This document shows positions 19,090-28,389 of a stretch of 64,000 nucleotides of DNA, piece by piece. The notes under the pieces were generated by a model. The model was not told where the DNA came from, did not search any database, and was given only the letters and a program-made list of their open reading frames with translations. The stretch covers positions 25,049-89,048 of the forward strand of contig JBAQCH010000033.1 in NCBI GenBank assembly GCA_049294015.1. The letters are read 5' to 3'. Numbering within the stretch: position 1 is the first letter of the stretch; each line of letters opens with the position of its first letter. A program made the position numbers and the translations under genes. The stretch is from Anaerolineae bacterium (GTDB taxonomy: Bacteria > Chloroflexota > Anaerolineae > JAAEKA01).

Positions 19090-20076
19090 CTACCACCGCT
19101 GATGCACATGCGGCCGGATCAGGCGATCATAGACGTCTTGCACTGCGGCCATGGCGGCCGGGCTGAGCGAGGGAAGGTCGCTGGCGGCCATGTTGCCATC
19201 CACCTGGGCCGGCCGCTTGGCGCCGGGAATCGCGCAGGTGACTGCGTCGAACATCAGGATCCAGCGCAGGGCGAATTGGGCCATGGTCGCGCCAGGCGGG
19301 ATCAGCGGCCGCAGTTCCTCCACCGCCTGCAAGCCCACGTCGTAGGGCACGCCGGAGAAGGTTTCGCCCACGTCGAAGGCCTCGCCGTGGCGGTTGAACT
19401 GGCGGTGGTCGTCGGAATCGAAAGTGCTGGCCGCGCTCAGCTTGCCCGTCAGCAGCCCGCTGGCCAGGGGTACCCTCGCCAAAATGCCCACCTGCCGCGC
19501 CTTGGCCTGGGGGAAGAACAGCTCGGCCGGCCGCAGGCGCAGCATGTTGAAGATGATCTGCACCGTCTGCACGGCGGGAAACTCGATGGCCTTGAGCGCC
19601 TCCTCGACCTTTTCGACGCTGACGCCGTAGTGCCGCAGCTTGCCGGTCGTCACCAGGTCGTCCAAGACACCGAAAACCTCGGGCATGTAATAGACGCTGG
19701 TGGGCGGGCAGTGCAGTTGCAGCAGGTCGATGGCCTCCACCTCCAGGTTGCGCAGGCTGCGCTCCACCCAGGCAGTCAGGTTGACGCGGCTGTAGCCTTC
19801 AGGGACCTGCTGCGGCAGCCGGCGACCGGCCTTGCTGGCCACGTAGATGCGCTGGCCGCTGCGCTCCTTGAGCACGCGGCTGATCAACTGCTCGCTGCGG
19901 CCGTCGCCGTAGACGTCAGCCGTGTCGATGAAATTCACTCCCAAATCCAGCGCGCGGCGCAGGGCATCCAGCGACTCGGCGTCGTTCACGGCGCCCCAGG
20001 AGCCGCCAATAGCCCACGCGCCGAAGCTAATCTCGGAGACCTGCCAGCCGGTGCGGCCCAGGGTTCGATAGTTCAT
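19090..20076 (-). CDS. aldo/keto reductase
   Basis: 328 aa; GAWAIGGSWG, NFIDTADVYGDGRSE and the C-terminal pattern are typical AKR. Confidence 0.9.
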   Translation of the reverse strand: MNYRTLGRTGWQVSEISFGAWAIGGSWGAVNDAESLDALRRALDLGVNFIDTADVYGDGRSEQLISRVLKERSGQRIYVASKAGRRLPQQVPEGYSRVNLTAWVERSLRNLEVEAIDLLQLHCPPTSVYYMPEVFGVLDDLVTTGKLRHYGVSVEKVEEALKAIEFPAVQTVQIIFNMLRLRPAELFFPQAKARQVGILARVPLASGLLTGKLSAASTFDSDDHRQFNRHGEAFDVGETFSGVPYDVGLQAVEELRPLIPPGATMAQFALRWILMFDAVTCAIPGAKRPAQVDGNMAASDLPSLSPAAMAAVQDVYDRLIRPHVHQRW

Positions 20077-20097
20077 GATGATCCTCCGGAGGGGGAA

Positions 20098-20192
20098 CGG
20101 TGATCGGTGGTCGGCGATCGGCGATCGGTGATCGATTACCGTTTACCGGTTACCGCTCACCGGTTACCGCTCACCGTTTACCGATCACCGCC
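20098..20192. repeat. tandem-unit hairpin element, CGGTGAT family
   Basis: Left arm cggtgat cggtggt cggcgat cggcgat cggtgat; right arm has eight units of (t/c)(t/c)accgn. It fills the junction between the TPR stop and the AKR start. Confidence 0.85.
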
Positions 20193-20708
20193 TCAGTTCA
20201 GCCGGGCCTGCAGCGCTTGCAGCTTGCTGCGAGCCAGCTCGTAGGCCGGATTCTCAGATACGGCCCGACGATAGTAGTCGATGGCCCTTGGCCAGTCGCC
20301 CAATTTCTCGTGGATCCGGCCCAGGTTGTAGAGAGGATAACAGCGAGCATCGTAGCGCGGCGCCATCAGCGCCCGCTCAAACCAGGGAATGGCCTCTGCC
20401 AGCCGATCCATCTCGATCAGATAAGCGCCAATGTCGTTGTAGGGGTTGCCGAAGCTGGGATCGATTGCGATCGCCTGGCGGCACTGCTCAATGGCTTCGT
20501 CGTACAGCTTCAGAAAGCTCAGGACCCAGCCCAGGAATGTATGCGCCTCAGCCGTCGGGTGCAGCGCAAGCGACTGGCGATAACAGGCCATAGCGTCGGC
20601 CCACTGGCCCTGGGTCTGCAGCTCGTAGCCATCCTGAAACAGGGCCATGGCTCTGCTCCAAGCCTCGGCCTGGTCCTGCTGCGCCCAGGAATCGTCGGGA
20701 TCGAACAT
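20193..20708 (-). CDS. TPR repeat protein
   Basis: Repeated A..Y...L pattern (AMACYRQSLALHP, AIEQCRQAIAIDP, AIDYYRRAVSENP); start set at ATG 20708. Confidence 0.75.
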   Translation of the reverse strand: MFDPDDSWAQQDQAEAWSRAMALFQDGYELQTQGQWADAMACYRQSLALHPTAEAHTFLGWVLSFLKLYDEAIEQCRQAIAIDPSFGNPYNDIGAYLIEMDRLAEAIPWFERALMAPRYDARCYPLYNLGRIHEKLGDWPRAIDYYRRAVSENPAYELARSKLQALQARLN

Positions 20709-21034
20709 AGGTCTTTGCCTCGCGTCGTCGTTGCGATGGTGTTGAGGGCTTGAAGGCTGGCCGCAAAAAGCCGGCCTGCGCCGATAATCTGCCGCTGCGG
20801 AGTTCTGCCAGGTGGCCGACGCCCGCCACCGGCCCAAAAATCGCTGCGGCCGGTCGTTGCGCAGCGCCACCCAGTGGTCTGACCGAGCCTGCCGGGCTTG
20901 CTATGACGATTGTGCGCCCAGCAACATGGATGGCAGCGCTGAAATTATGCCACAGAGCCGCAGAGGCGTCAACAAACCGGCTGTGACACCGCCGGCCCAG
21001 TTGACCCAGTTTCCTGCAAGGGTATAATACGCCT

Positions 21035-21871
21035 ATGACCAACACACCCATCACCGTCTGCTCTATCCAGCCAGCGATCTGCTGGCAGGAGCCGGAGCGC
21101 ACCTTCGATGCCATCGCAGGCCTGCTGGAGCAGGCTGTGGCCACTGCAGCGCTGGACCTGGCCGTACTGCCTGAGCATTTCAACGCTGTCCCGGCGCCCG
21201 ACGGCGACAATGCACCCTGGCAGGCAGCCCAGGCTTTTGCCGCCGATCTGGCGCGTCGCCATCGGCTGACTCTGGTGGCCGGTTCGGTAGAGCGCTGGGA
21301 CGACGTGGCGCAAGCGATAGTCAATACATCGGTGGTTTACGGCCGGGACGGCTGCGAGTTGGGGCGCTACGACAAGCGCCGGCTGTTCGGCTTCGAAAAG
21401 CGCCGCAATGTTCAGCCGGGCAGCACTTCCCTGGTCCTGGAGGTGGAGGGAACGAGACTGGCGGTGCTCATCTGCTCCGATTTATGGCATCCCGAGCTGG
21501 CGCGCCACCTGGCTGTGGATGCGACGCTGCTCTGCGTACCGGCCCAGACGACGATTCGGGCCGAATCGGAGCCAGCGTATGCGCGCATGTTATGGCACAC
21601 GCTGGCCATGACCCGCGCCCAAGAAAATGTGCTGGCGGTGGTAGTCAGCGACCAGGCTGTCTCCTCGCGGGCCCCTTTCCGCTGCGGCGGCGTGAGCTCC
21701 ATCACCGATCCCAGCGCAGAGCCAGCCCTGAACGACATCCAGCAGGTGCTGGCTGACGGGGGCGAGGGCTTCTTGGTGGCTCAGCTAGACAGCGAGCGAC
21801 TGGCGCGTTTTCGCAGCTATCGCCAGGAAAACGGTCTGCTGCCGGCGCAGGCGGTTGATCAGCCAGCCTGA
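21035..21871 (+). CDS. carbon-nitrogen hydrolase family protein
   Basis: VLPEHFN, KRRLF, VLICSDLWHPE (catalytic Glu/Lys/Cys pattern). Confidence 0.8.
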   Translation: MTNTPITVCSIQPAICWQEPERTFDAIAGLLEQAVATAALDLAVLPEHFNAVPAPDGDNAPWQAAQAFAADLARRHRLTLVAGSVERWDDVAQAIVNTSVVYGRDGCELGRYDKRRLFGFEKRRNVQPGSTSLVLEVEGTRLAVLICSDLWHPELARHLAVDATLLCVPAQTTIRAESEPAYARMLWHTLAMTRAQENVLAVVVSDQAVSSRAPFRCGGVSSITDPSAEPALNDIQQVLADGGEGFLVAQLDSERLARFRSYRQENGLLPAQAVDQPA

Positions 21872-22371
21872 ACGGGCAACCACTGGCCGCGGTCGCGGCG
21901 CACCAGCGCCTCGACGCGCGCCACCAGCTCACGCCGGTCGAAAGGAACCGTAATGAACATGTCAGCCCCCAATTCCAACGCCTGAACGCCTTGATTGCGC
22001 GCCGTCTCTGGCACCAACACCAGCAGCGGCGTCCGTGTCAGCACGCGCACGTCGGCACACTGCTCCACTGCGCCAGCGTCGCGCGGGTCGAGCTCCAACA
22101 CCAGCAGATCATAGCGCTCGATGCTCTCCACGGCGGTGATATCCGAAGCAACGAGATCCACCGCGTGGCCGCGCCGCATGAGGATGGTGCGCAGCAGTTC
22201 GTAGGCGCTTGACGAAGGCCCGATGACCAACACATTCGCCTGAGGTAAGATAGATGGATAGCCAGCGCGTTGGTGAGTTAGCACCATTTCCCGCTCCGTA
22301 CAACGTAGACAGGCGCTGACCGAGTAGATCGCCTGTGTGCTGACCATTGTACGCTGGTTTGAATAAACCAC
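21859..22371 (-). CDS. stand-alone receiver-domain protein with atypical acidic pocket
   Basis: DLLVLELD, PLLVLVPE and FITVPFDRRELVARVEALVRR are receiver-like. The N-terminal DD position reads VLVIGPSS. Start is uncertain (ATG 22371, 22347 or 22287). Confidence 0.6.
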   Translation of the reverse strand: MVYSNQRTMVSTQAIYSVSACLRCTEREMVLTHQRAGYPSILPQANVLVIGPSSSAYELLRTILMRRGHAVDLVASDITAVESIERYDLLVLELDPRDAGAVEQCADVRVLTRTPLLVLVPETARNQGVQALELGADMFITVPFDRRELVARVEALVRRDRGQWLPVQAG

Positions 22372-22573
22372 ACAATTACAGGCAAGCCGATGGAAGGCAC
22401 AGGCAAACCGATGCAGTCAGTTGGCAGGCTTGCTGGTCTAACTCAGCCAGCGGTTGACACCATCATGCAACTGTGGTACAAACAGACCTGTGGCCCAACA
22501 CGACACCTTCAGCCTTGGCCGCCAGAGCCCCTCCCCGCCGTCCACGATCGAGCCGCAAGAAGGAGTTAGCACG

Positions 22574-23887
22574 ATGAGTACAACGGATCTGTTGAACCGC
22601 TGGTCTGTCCTATCGCTGGAGGAAATCCAGGAAGAACTGGATGCTGGCCAGAGCATCCTGGCTGCCCAACAGCTCTTTGGCGCCAACGAAGTGGCCGCCA
22701 TGCGCGCCGACGATGCGCCGCGCCGCGCCGGCCACACCCGTGAAGCCGTGGTTCTGCTGCCAGGGCTGATGGGCTCCTTGCTGGCCAGCGTGCGCGGGGT
22801 GATCACCTCGCTGTGGCTCAACCCTGCTTTGATGCTCAAAGGGCAAAGCCGTTTTCTGGAGCTGAACCAGGATGGCACAGCCGATGGCAGTCCTAACATC
22901 CTGACAGTCGCCACTGGCGCAGAACGGCTCTGCTACCTGAAGCCTGCCTTAGCCCTCAACCGCGAGTGCCTGCTGTTCGAGTTCCCCTACGACTGGCGAC
23001 GCCCGATCGAGTTCAACGCCGACCGGCTCGGCGAGGCGCTGGAGCGCTGGGCGGACGACGACCCCCACATGCAATTCACGCTGGTGGGTCACAGCATGGG
23101 CGGGCTGGTCTCGCGCGCCTTCGTCGCGCGCCACACAGAGCAGGCCAAGCGCCGGGTCAAGCGCGTGATCATGCATGGCACGCCGCACTTTGGCGCGGCC
23201 GGCGCCATCGCCGACCTGATGGAGGGCAACCGCATGATGGCGCTGGCCTCGGCGTTGAACGAAAACAACTCGATTCGGCGCTTTGTGCTGAACATGCCCA
23301 GCGTCTATCAGTTGGCGCCTGCGCCGCCTGATCTCTTTCCCCGCAGCCGGCCCTACCCGGCCAACTTCGACGTCTACGACGCTCGGCAGTGGCGGCTGGA
23401 AGGGGTGCGCCAGGACTATCTCGACGCAGGCCGGCGCTTCCACGAGTTACTGGCCGATCACGACCACCCGATCGAGACAATCCAGATCGCCGGTTGTCAC
23501 ATGGAAACCAAGGTGGATCTGTCCCTGGATTTCGACGCCCAGGAACGGCTTAGCATACGTCTCAGCACGCAGAGCCAGGGGCCGGACTCGGGCGACGCGA
23601 CGGTGCCGCTCTATTCGGCCGTGCTGCCGGGGGCGCAGATGTACTACATCCAGGAGGTGCATCGCTACCTGCCGCGCAACGACCAGGTCATTGAGGCCAC
23701 CATCGATTTAATCTATGGCCGCACGCCCAGCTTGCCGACTGAGCTGCCCCAGCCTAAGAGCGGCTTCTTGGGCCTGTTCCGCGATATTGGCGACCCGGAG
23801 GCCGAGGCCGAGCGGCTGCGCCAGCGCCTGGCGGAAGGCGTCGCCACGGACCAGGACTTGGAGCAGTTCTACTTCCTGGACTATTGA
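22574..23887 (+). CDS. alpha/beta hydrolase, LCAT/PGAP1-like lipase
   Basis: GHSMGG nucleophile elbow, YDWR motif; ATG 22574 behind GAAGGAG. Confidence 0.7.
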   Translation: MSTTDLLNRWSVLSLEEIQEELDAGQSILAAQQLFGANEVAAMRADDAPRRAGHTREAVVLLPGLMGSLLASVRGVITSLWLNPALMLKGQSRFLELNQDGTADGSPNILTVATGAERLCYLKPALALNRECLLFEFPYDWRRPIEFNADRLGEALERWADDDPHMQFTLVGHSMGGLVSRAFVARHTEQAKRRVKRVIMHGTPHFGAAGAIADLMEGNRMMALASALNENNSIRRFVLNMPSVYQLAPAPPDLFPRSRPYPANFDVYDARQWRLEGVRQDYLDAGRRFHELLADHDHPIETIQIAGCHMETKVDLSLDFDAQERLSIRLSTQSQGPDSGDATVPLYSAVLPGAQMYYIQEVHRYLPRNDQVIEATIDLIYGRTPSLPTELPQPKSGFLGLFRDIGDPEAEAERLRQRLAEGVATDQDLEQFYFLDY

Positions 23888-23902
23888 GCGTCAATCCTGC
23901 CG

Positions 23903-24041
23903 CAGCCGAACCAGCAATTCCAGATTTGGCACGGAGTCGAGGCTTCAGCCGGGTTTGCCGGTGCGAATCAAACGCTCTAGCCCGCCGAAAGGCTCGACTC
24001 CGCGTTGGCAGAGTTCATATTTGGAATTGCTGCAGCCGAAC
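23903..24041. mobile_element. MITE-like insertion (121 bp) with 11-bp perfect terminal inverted repeats and 9-bp direct duplication
   Basis: cagccgaac (23903-23911) | cagcaattcca (23912-23922) ... tggaattgctg (24022-24032) | cagccgaac (24033-24041). Internal stem ggagtcgag/ctcgactcc. Confidence 0.55.
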
Positions 24042-24070
24042 TTGCACGTGGGGATAGATGTAGGTATAAT
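24042..24070 (+). promoter_or_regulatory. candidate promoter, long leader to scpB
   Basis: TTGCAC (24042-24047), 17-nt spacer, TATAAT (24065-24070). Confidence 0.4.
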
Positions 24071-24348
24071 CGACTGCAAGCCCTAGATCGATAACGAGGA
24101 GCCAGCCAGATTGCACCAGGCATAGAGAAACCTCTGCTGTGTTTCTGTATGCCCGATCTGGCCAGCAAGCAAAGACCGTCTGGCCAAGGCTGGCGTTGAT
24201 CGAATTCAGGGGAAGTTTTCAGAGAAGTAGATGTCGGTAATGTGGGCGGTGTACTTGGGCAGCGAGGATGTCGCCTCCTTGCAGAGCCCCTACACTGGGC
24301 AAAAGGACTGTGGGTGATGTCCTGCTAGAAACGTGGGAACCGTGAGCT

Positions 24349-24954
24349 ATGTCTGACGTGGCAAGCGCTGAAAGCGCTTCCTATCTGCGCCCAATGACGG
24401 AACTGGCTATTCTCCTCGAAAGCCTGCTTTTTGTCGCACCAGAAACAGTCAAGATAACAACGCTGGCAGACGCCCTGGAAGAAACACCTGAGCGTGTCGA
24501 AGAGGCATTGGCTGACCTGATGGCAGTCCAAGCCGCGCGCGGCGTTCGTGTGCAGCGCCAGGGCGAACGGGTTCAAATGGTCAGCGCGCCTGAAGCCGCT
24601 GCAGCCATCGAGCGCTTTCTTGGCCTGGACCTGACAACCAAGCTATCTCCAGCCGCCCTGGAAACGCTGGCCATCATAGCCTACAAGCAGCCGGTAACAC
24701 GCGCCCAGATCGACGAACTGCGGGGCGTCGCCAGCGACGGTGTGCTGCGCACACTGATCCACCGCGGCCTGGTGGAGCAAGGGGAACGCCTGGAACAGGC
24801 CGGCCGGCCCTTCCAACTCCGCACAACCTTTGACTTTCTCCAGCACTTTGGGCTGCAATCGTTGAGCGACCTGCCGCCCATCGAGCAGGATACGTTCGCG
24901 TCCAACGGCGCCGACAGCGGCCTGGCAACGCCGCACCCCATCGCCATGAACTGA
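24349..24954 (+). CDS. scpB: segregation and condensation protein B
   Basis: LLESLLFVAPE, LAIIAYKQPVTRAQIDELRGV, GRPFQLRTT are ScpB hallmarks. The start could be the internal ATG near 24394. Confidence 0.85.
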   Translation: MSDVASAESASYLRPMTELAILLESLLFVAPETVKITTLADALEETPERVEEALADLMAVQAARGVRVQRQGERVQMVSAPEAAAAIERFLGLDLTTKLSPAALETLAIIAYKQPVTRAQIDELRGVASDGVLRTLIHRGLVEQGERLEQAGRPFQLRTTFDFLQHFGLQSLSDLPPIEQDTFASNGADSGLATPHPIAMN

Positions 24955-25099
24955 TAACTTACGATGGTAACTCGAAGCACAAAGAATCCGGGAGTTTCTG
25001 CGAACGCTTCATGCTCAATCAGGGCAATCTACCCTCCCGGTTTCTGGTGGACACCAGTTTCACAACACCACATTTGATACACTCTCGAAGGGAGACACA

Positions 25100-26299
25100 A
25101 TGGCTCTAGATCTTTGGCAGCTTCGGCGCCAGAAACGTATGACTATCGACGAACTTGCCCGCACGGCAGGCGTCCACCCGGCTTTGATCAAGGCCTACGA
25201 GCTGGGCGAGCGGTCCATTCCTGAGCGCGACCTGGAACGCCTGGCCGGCGCTTTGGAGATCGATGTGGAGGAGATCAAGGTACTTTCCGATCCACCGCCG
25301 CGCGGGCCAAGCAGGCCGGCCGCCCCGTCGCCGCTGGAAGGCGACGCGCCGCGCCCGCGCTATGACAGCGGATCACGCTACGACTCCGGATCACGCTACG
25401 ACAGCGGGTCACGCTATGATAGCGGTTCCGGCTCGCGCTATGACAGCGGCGCTGGCTCGCGCTACGATTCCGGCCGGCCCAGCTATGGCCGCAGCGATTC
25501 CGGCCGCTCTGGCTATGGCAGCAGCGAAGGACGTTCCAGCTACGGCGGCGGCGAAGCTGGACGCTCAGGCTACGGCGGCGGCGAAGCTGGCCGTTCAGGC
25601 TACGGCGGCGGCGAGGCCGGCCGCTCAGGCTATGGCAGCTCGAACTACGGCCGCGGCTATGGCGACCGCCCGGCGCCTCGCTACGACAGCGAGCGTCCGG
25701 CGCCGCGCTATGACAGCGAGCGCGGCCCGTCGCGTCCACCGCGCTCCGACTATCGTTCTGACCGGCCCGACCAACCGGACCGCATGGAGCGCCGCCCCGA
25801 ACGACCACCGCGCAAGCCAGGCGGCCTCAAGCGTCGTCCGCAAGTGGCGCCTGCGCGCCCCAGCCAACTGGAACACTTAAAAATCCTGCTGCAACAGCTT
25901 GATATGTCGGGCGACGACCTGCTGCGGCTGGCCGGCAAGCCGTTGAGCATGCTCAACCGCCGCGAAGCCTCGCACCTGCTGACCACCTGCCAGGAAATGC
26001 TGACCGAGCGCAAGCCAGAGCGTCCCAAGGGCAAACGCCAGCGCCCTTACCTCCCCGAATCGGTGGACGAACACGAGCTGGTCTACCTGACCCAGGTCCA
26101 GTTGGACGAGAGCCCGATGCACCTGACCCTCTTCAACGGAACGACGCTGGAAGGCACGCTGCGAGGTTTCAGCCCCTATGCGCTGACGCTGGCTGCCAAC
26201 GGCGGCGACGAGATCACCGTGCAGAAGCTGGCCATCGCCTTCTATCAGGTGAAGCCCAATCCGTCGCAAGAGACGGCAGACCAGGACGGCGAGTCATGA
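25100..26299 (+). CDS. XRE-type HTH protein with long low-complexity linker and Hfq/Sm-like C-terminal domain
   Basis: N-terminus MTIDELARTAGVHPALIKAYELGERSIP (HTH). Residues about 85-250 are S/G/Y/R/D repeats. C-terminus YLTQVQLDESPMHLTLFNGTTLEGTLRGFSPYALTLAANGGDEITVQKLAIAFYQV aligns by eye with the Hfq Sm1/Sm2 pattern. Confidence 0.75.
   Translation: MALDLWQLRRQKRMTIDELARTAGVHPALIKAYELGERSIPERDLERLAGALEIDVEEIKVLSDPPPRGPSRPAAPSPLEGDAPRPRYDSGSRYDSGSRYDSGSRYDSGSGSRYDSGAGSRYDSGRPSYGRSDSGRSGYGSSEGRSSYGGGEAGRSGYGGGEAGRSGYGGGEAGRSGYGSSNYGRGYGDRPAPRYDSERPAPRYDSERGPSRPPRSDYRSDRPDQPDRMERRPERPPRKPGGLKRRPQVAPARPSQLEHLKILLQQLDMSGDDLLRLAGKPLSMLNRREASHLLTTCQEMLTERKPERPKGKRQRPYLPESVDEHELVYLTQVQLDESPMHLTLFNGTTLEGTLRGFSPYALTLAANGGDEITVQKLAIAFYQVKPNPSQETADQDGES
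25352..25730 (+). repeat. in-frame coding tandem repeats (18-, 30- and 27-nt units)
   Basis: SGSRYD x about 5, GGGEAGRSGY x 3, RPAPRYDSE x 2; the nucleotide units are near-identical. Confidence 0.85.
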
Positions 26300-26703
26300 G
26301 CGCCAACGACTACCTGCGCTATCTGCGAGCTGTCAAAGGGGGGCCGACGCCGCAGGACATCGAGGCGGCCACGGGTGTAGGCGCCGGCGCCTATCGCCAA
26401 ATCGAACAGCGCTATCGCGCCCAGGGCACCGAAGAAGAGCTGGCCAGCCTGGCCGCGTACTTCGAGGCGCCTATCGAAGAACTGACCAGCCGCGTCGAAT
26501 GGACCCGCAAGGCGCTGAGCGCCGCCTTGGTGGAGGCCGTCGAGCAGGACGCGCCAATCCAACTGGCGCTGCGCAGCGGCCAGACCATCACCGGCAAGGT
26601 GCAGTGGTCCGACCTGGGCGCTGCCCTGCTCCAGCTAGAGGACGGCCAGGAAGTCGTGGTGCAGCGCCACATGGTCGACCGCTGGCAGATTGGCGCAGCG
26701 TGA
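26296..26703 (+). CDS. short XRE-type HTH protein with Sm-like C-terminal domain (paralog)
   Basis: ATGA overlap with the upstream gene; HTH-like N-terminus; C-terminus PIQLALRSGQTITGKVQWSDLGAALLQLEDGQEVVVQRHMVDRW. Confidence 0.7.
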   Translation: MSANDYLRYLRAVKGGPTPQDIEAATGVGAGAYRQIEQRYRAQGTEEELASLAAYFEAPIEELTSRVEWTRKALSAALVEAVEQDAPIQLALRSGQTITGKVQWSDLGAALLQLEDGQEVVVQRHMVDRWQIGAA

Positions 26704-26801
26704 CCGCGGCGGCAAGCGATGGCCTTGCGGCTGACCAAGAGCTTCCATGCGTTCCAGCAGTCGAACTGACCGCTGGCTGGATCACTTGATTCACCTTCTT
26801 T

Positions 26802-26862
26802 CTGCCTTGAGACGGCAGCTGCCGGGATGTTGCCCCGGTTTCCGTCTCAAGGCAGTTTTTTT
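26802..26862 (+). terminator. rho-independent terminator
   Basis: 14-bp stem ctgccttgagacgg / ccgtctcaaggcag with an inner ccggg/cccgg hairpin, followed by T7 (26856-26862). Confidence 0.8.
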
Positions 26863-26969
26863 GGCGGGATAGCGGGTTACTGCGCAGCGGGCGAGTGTGT
26901 GGTTAAATGGCTTCAAGCTCGGTGCGGCGCACAGGGTGCGTTGTCTCATCGATATCGGAAGCGTTGATC

Positions 26970-28361
26970 ATGTCCTCTATGGCAACTACTGACGGCGACA
27001 ACAGCAAGCGCAGCCTGCTGCCCGGCATTGGCCGCAACAGCCCGCCTGGCCGGGCCAGCCGGCGGCGTCCGGTTCTGAGGGTGCGCGCCCTGCTGCGCCT
27101 GGCCATTGTCGGACTGCTGACAGCGTTGCTCCTCCAGGCCGCCTGGCGTCCGCCCGCCGATCCCTTCGACCAGGCAATCCTGGCAGCGACGCGTGGGCTG
27201 CGCTTCGACCTGGCGGCCTGGGAACTGGACGCCGTCGCGGGCAAGCTGGGCGATGCGCTGCAGGACCCCGCGACCGGCCTGGCCGAGGAGCAGGCCACGC
27301 AGATGGTGCGCGAGTGGCTGCAACTGGCCCAGCGCGCCGGCCAGTTGGCCGGCCAGATCGAACGCACGTACGCGGACCCGGCTGTGGCGGACGCGGAAAC
27401 TGCGACGACGGCCCAGCGCGCTGAGTTGGCTGCCATTCGGGAGCAGCTCAACGCCGAGTCCAGCACAGTGGAGGCGATCCTGGAGCAGCAGCTAACCGCC
27501 ATCATCCGGGCTGAGGGCCTGACCACCTCCAGCCTGGTGTGGCCCCCAGTGCGTATGCGTTTCAGCGAGCCGCCCAACCTGCTGGTGATCTCCCCACGCA
27601 ACCGCATCGAACGCCTGCGCGCCGTAGACGTGCTGCCCGACCTGGATAGCGCGGGCCGCGCCGCGCTGGAGCAAGCCATCGCAGCAGACGAAACCCTGTC
27701 GGCCTACGTCACCGGCACCGGCGGCTACGGCGTCTATCCAACCATGGTCATCGACCGCTACGGCCTGCCCTGGACGGCTGAAACCGTAGCCCACGAATGG
27801 ATCCACAACTACCTGGCTTTCCGGCCGCTAGGTTGGTCTTTCCTGGACGGCGGGGAGAGCGTTATCATCAACGAGACCGTAGCCAGCATCGCGGGCGAGG
27901 AACTGGGCAGAGCGCTGCTGGCCCGCTATTACCCGGACTTGCTGCCGCCGCCGGAGCCGCCCGTGCAGTCGCTGGAGCAGATGGAGGAAGAGGCCGGCGG
28001 GCCGGTGGAGTTCGAGTTCGGGCCGCAGATGCGCGCCACGCGGCTGGTGGTGGACGAGCTGCTGGCTGGAGGCTACGTTGACGAAGCCGAGGCCTTTATG
28101 GAGGCGCGCCGCCAGACCTTCGCGGAGCATGGCTACTTTCTGCGGGTGCTGAACCAGGCCTACTTCGCCTTTCATGGCAGCTACGCCACTGGCGCGGCGG
28201 CCAGCGACCCGATCGGCCCCAAGCTGACGCGCCTACGAGAGCTCAGCCCCTCGCTGCAGGCATTTATGCAGACGGCAGAGCGTCTGACCAGCGCGGCTGA
28301 GCTAGACGCCGCACTGGCGCAGTTGGAATCCACCGCGCCTGCGCTCCCCATGAATCCGTGA
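26970..28361 (+). CDS. membrane-anchored putative zinc metalloprotease (HExxH)
   Basis: N-terminal TM LLRLAIVGLLTALLL; HEWIH motif; start is ATG 26970 or 26907. Confidence 0.6.
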   Translation: MSSMATTDGDNSKRSLLPGIGRNSPPGRASRRRPVLRVRALLRLAIVGLLTALLLQAAWRPPADPFDQAILAATRGLRFDLAAWELDAVAGKLGDALQDPATGLAEEQATQMVREWLQLAQRAGQLAGQIERTYADPAVADAETATTAQRAELAAIREQLNAESSTVEAILEQQLTAIIRAEGLTTSSLVWPPVRMRFSEPPNLLVISPRNRIERLRAVDVLPDLDSAGRAALEQAIAADETLSAYVTGTGGYGVYPTMVIDRYGLPWTAETVAHEWIHNYLAFRPLGWSFLDGGESVIINETVASIAGEELGRALLARYYPDLLPPPEPPVQSLEQMEEEAGGPVEFEFGPQMRATRLVVDELLAGGYVDEAEAFMEARRQTFAEHGYFLRVLNQAYFAFHGSYATGAAASDPIGPKLTRLRELSPSLQAFMQTAERLTSAAELDAALAQLESTAPALPMNP

Positions 28362-28389
28362 CCCGCCGGCGCACACCCAGGACACTCTC

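Noticed and set aside
24071-24348. Possible small ORF or ncRNA in the 280-nt leader between the candidate promoter and scpB
   Set aside because: Only a 16-codon ATG ORF without an SD and short 6-bp stems were found. Nothing is distinctive enough without expression or conservation data.
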